From: Vulcanococcus sp.
Lineage (GTDB): Bacteria > Cyanobacteriota > Cyanobacteriia > PCC-6307 > Cyanobiaceae
Reading direction: 5' to 3'
Assembly: GCF_044369115.1 (NCBI RefSeq)
Contig: NZ_JBIPMN010000001.1
Span: 1 to 44,435 of the forward strand
Length of the DNA: 44,435 bases
Under the pieces are notes generated by a model that did no database searches, was not told where the DNA came from, and saw nothing but the letters and a program-made list of their open reading frames with translations. Below are positions 41,963 to 44,435 of this stretch, in pieces (the first letter of the stretch is position 1; every line of letters starts with the position of its first letter). Both the position numbers and the translations under genes were made by a program.

Positions 41963-43165
41963 ATGTGTTACGGCTGCTTCCTGCGTTCCGGTGATGCGGC
42001 TCAGGTGGGTCTGTCCCACCGCCTGGGTTTGGTGACTGAGTTGCGCAGCATCGATCCTGAGCTGCTGATCGCGCCCGACTTTCGCGACTTCACCACCCAG
42101 CTGGTGGTTCCCCCCGATGGGGTGCTGGATCTCTACCTGCATCGCCCCGCCGGAGCGGCCTGGGTGCAGGGCGGAGGTTTTGGGGCCCAGTGGATCAACA
42201 CCATGGCCATGGACGACGGCCTGTATGGATTTCTGCAGACCGCCCTCGGCCAGCTCGACGCTCTGATCCAGCTCGACTTCCGCTTCACCGATCAGGTGGA
42301 TCAGGCCGACTTGCGGCTGTATCTCGACACGGAGATCAATCTGGGTGACGACGGCGTCGCCCTCGGGATCGCCCTCTCCAACAGCGTGGCGGATCGCCAC
42401 TTCTGGGAGCTCTTCATCAACACCCCCGCTTTTGCGGGTCAGGAGCTCTATCTGCGTTATGCGCTCCTGCACGAGATCGGCCACGCCCTCGGCCTCGAGC
42501 ACCCCTTTGATCGCTCCGATGGCGATGTGTTTGTGAGTGGGGTGTCGGCCTGGAGCGCTTTCCCTGAGGAAACGCTGATGGCCTACCGCGATCCTCTGCT
42601 CGGGGCGTGGCCCACCTGGTTTTCCAGCAACGACATTCATGCCTTGCAGCGCATCTGGGGGGTGGAGACGGCTGTGGATCCGTTGGCGCAGCCTTGGCCG
42701 CAGCGCCTGATCGGCAGCAACCAGCCCGATCGCCTCACCGGAGGTCTGGCTGGCGATCTGCTCCTCGGCCATGGCGGCCACGACATCCTGATCGGCGGCG
42801 CTGGCGCCGATGAACTGTGGGGCGGGCGCGGTAGCAATCGCTTCAGCAGTGCGCCCGATGGGGCCGTGGATTGGCTGTTGATTACGCCTGATGGCTCTGC
42901 TAGACGCCGGGTCGCCGGTCGCAGCATTGACGTGATTGAGGCGCTCGGCAGCGAAGATCGTGTGGCGGTGCTGGGGGCCAGCACCCAGGAGCTGCGGGTG
43001 CGGCGGATCAAGCTCAACAGCACAGAACACGGTCGCCTGAGCGGCCTCGGGATCAGCATCGGCAAGCAGCTCGAGGCCATCTACACCGGTGATCTGTTGC
43101 AACGCCGGCAGCTGCAGGCCTGTCTGCTGGGGGTGCCGGAAGGCTTCGCGGGCAGCTGGGGATGA
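41963..43165 (+). CDS. Metzincin (M10/serralysin-like) zinc metalloprotease with RTX-type Ca-binding repeats
   Basis: [11 protein letters not shown] (HExxHxxGxxH), Met-turn ETLMAY, Gly-rich nonapeptides ([18 protein letters not shown]), no signal peptide. Confidence 0.85.
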   Translation: MCYGCFLRSGDAAQVGLSHRLGLVTELRSIDPELLIAPDFRDFTTQLVVPPDGVLDLYLHRPAGAAWVQGGGFGAQWINTMAMDDGLYGFLQTALGQLDALIQLDFRFTDQVDQADLRLYLDTEINLGDDGVALGIALSNSVADRHFWELFINTPAFAGQELYLRYALLHEIGHALGLEHPFDRSDGDVFVSGVSAWSAFPEETLMAYRDPLLGAWPTWFSSNDIHALQRIWGVETAVDPLAQPWPQRLIGSNQPDRLTGGLAGDLLLGHGGHDILIGGAGADELWGGRGSNRFSSAPDGAVDWLLITPDGSARRRVAGRSIDVIEALGSEDRVAVLGASTQELRVRRIKLNSTEHGRLSGLGISIGKQLEAIYTGDLLQRRQLQACLLGVPEGFAGSWG

Positions 43166-43202
43166 CGCTCGGCGACACTGGATGGATCTGCATGCACGTG
43201 TT

Positions 43203-44435
43203 GTGGTGGCCGCTGCTGAGTCGAACTACTCCGTGCCCGAAGCGCTGAAGAAGGAGAACCTCAGCCAGGCCGATTACGACGAGATCTGCCGCCGTTTGGG
43301 CCGCGCCCCCAACCGCGCTGAGCTGGGCATGTTCGGGGTGATGTGGTCGGAGCACTGCTGCTACCGCAACTCGCGGCCGTTGCTGCAGGGCTTCCCCACC
43401 ACCGGCCCGCGCATCCTGGTGGGCCCCGGCGAGAACGCCGGTGTGGTGGATCTGGGCGAAGGCCAGCGCCTCGCCTTCAAGATCGAGAGCCACAACCACC
43501 CCTCGGCTGTGGAGCCGTTCCAGGGTGCGGCCACTGGCGTGGGCGGCATCCTGCGCGACATCTTCACGATGGGCGCCCGGCCGATCGCCCTGCTCAACGC
43601 CCTGCGTTTTGGCCCGCTCGAAGATGAGCGCAATGTGGGCCTGATGGAGGGCGTGGTGGCCGGCATCGCCCACTACGGCAACTGCGTGGGCGTGCCCACC
43701 GTGGGTGGTGAGGTGGCGTTTGACGCCAGCTATTCCGGCAACCCGCTGGTGAACGCCATGGCCCTCGGCTTGATGGAAACCGAGGAGATCGTGTGCTCCG
43801 GCGCCGAGGGCGTGGGCTACCCCGTGGTTTACGTGGGCAGCACCACTGGCCGCGACGGCATGGGCGGCGCCAGCTTTGCGAGTGCCGAGCTCACCGAAGC
43901 CTCCCTCGACGACCGCCCCGCCGTGCAGGTGGGCGACCCCTTCCTGGAGAAGGGCCTGATCGAGGCCTGCCTCGAAGCGTTCCAAACCGGTGATGTGGTG
44001 GCCGCTCAGGACATGGGCGCCGCTGGCCTCACCTGCAGCTGCTCGGAGATGGCCGCCAAGGGGGGCCTCGGCATCGAACTCGATCTCGACCGGGTGCCCG
44101 CCCGCGAGGCCGGCATGACCCCCTACGAGTTTCTGCTGAGCGAATCCCAGGAGCGGATGCTGTTTGTGGTGAAGCCCGGCCGCGAGCAGGCGCTGATGCA
44201 GAGCTTCACCCGCTGGGGTCTGCAGGCCGCCGTGGTGGGCCGCGTGCTCGAAGACAACATCGTGCGCGTGCTCCAGAACGGCGAAGTGGCGGCCGAAGTG
44301 CCCGCCAGCGCCCTGGCCGACGACACCCCGATCAACCGCCACGAGCTGATCAGCGAACCTCCCGCTGAGATCCAGGCCCATTGGCGCTGGAGCGAGGCCC
44401 AACTGCCCGCCGCCACCCCCAATGGCATCACGCCT
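43203..44435 (+). CDS. purL: Phosphoribosylformylglycinamidine synthase subunit PurL (truncated by window edge)
   Basis: Manual translation: [68 protein letters not shown]; alternative ATG at 43182. Confidence 0.96.
   Translation, partial: MVAAAESNYSVPEALKKENLSQADYDEICRRLGRAPNRAELGMFGVMWSEHCCYRNSRPLLQGFPTTGPRILVGPGENAGVVDLGEGQRLAFKIESHNHPSAVEPFQGAATGVGGILRDIFTMGARPIALLNALRFGPLEDERNVGLMEGVVAGIAHYGNCVGVPTVGGEVAFDASYSGNPLVNAMALGLMETEEIVCSGAEGVGYPVVYVGSTTGRDGMGGASFASAELTEASLDDRPAVQVGDPFLEKGLIEACLEAFQTGDVVAAQDMGAAGLTCSCSEMAAKGGLGIELDLDRVPAREAGMTPYEFLLSESQERMLFVVKPGREQALMQSFTRWGLQAAVVGRVLEDNIVRVLQNGEVAAEVPASALADDTPINRHELISEPPAEIQAHWRWSEAQLPAATPNGITP

Overview
High-GC picocyanobacterial chromosome segment (Synechococcus/Cyanobium group, inferred from gene content) spanning the probable replication origin. 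It is mostly conserved core genes: accB', efp, cyclophilin, thiL, gap2, murC, murB, ybaB, rsgA, tusA, dnaJ, grpE, pilBTC, HI0933-family flavoprotein, dusA, rbp, argH, PP2C, ftsY, nusB, DUF502, hpsJ, queG, TPR, parC-like topoisomerase, uvrA, recN, ABC1 kinase, DUF1400, thrC, oriC, dnaN, PRC-barrel protein and 'purL. Accessory material comprises an intact Phd/VapC toxin-antitoxin pair, a Uma2 endonuclease, an RTX zinc metalloprotease and a cluster of decayed TA fragments. Four observations stand out. (1) A dispersed ~35-bp imperfect palindrome (TCCAG-N3-TYTGTAC-N5-GTACARA-N3-CTGGA) occurs six times, twice inside reading frames. (2) A 9-nt in-frame deletion removes SGG from the second ABC signature of UvrA. 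(3) TA relics fill the parC/uvrA junction. (4) That junction looks like a breakpoint of an origin-spanning inversion relative to the gene order I recall for marine picocyanobacteria. No rRNA, tRNA, CRISPR or transposase was recognised. All calls were made by eye, without database searches.
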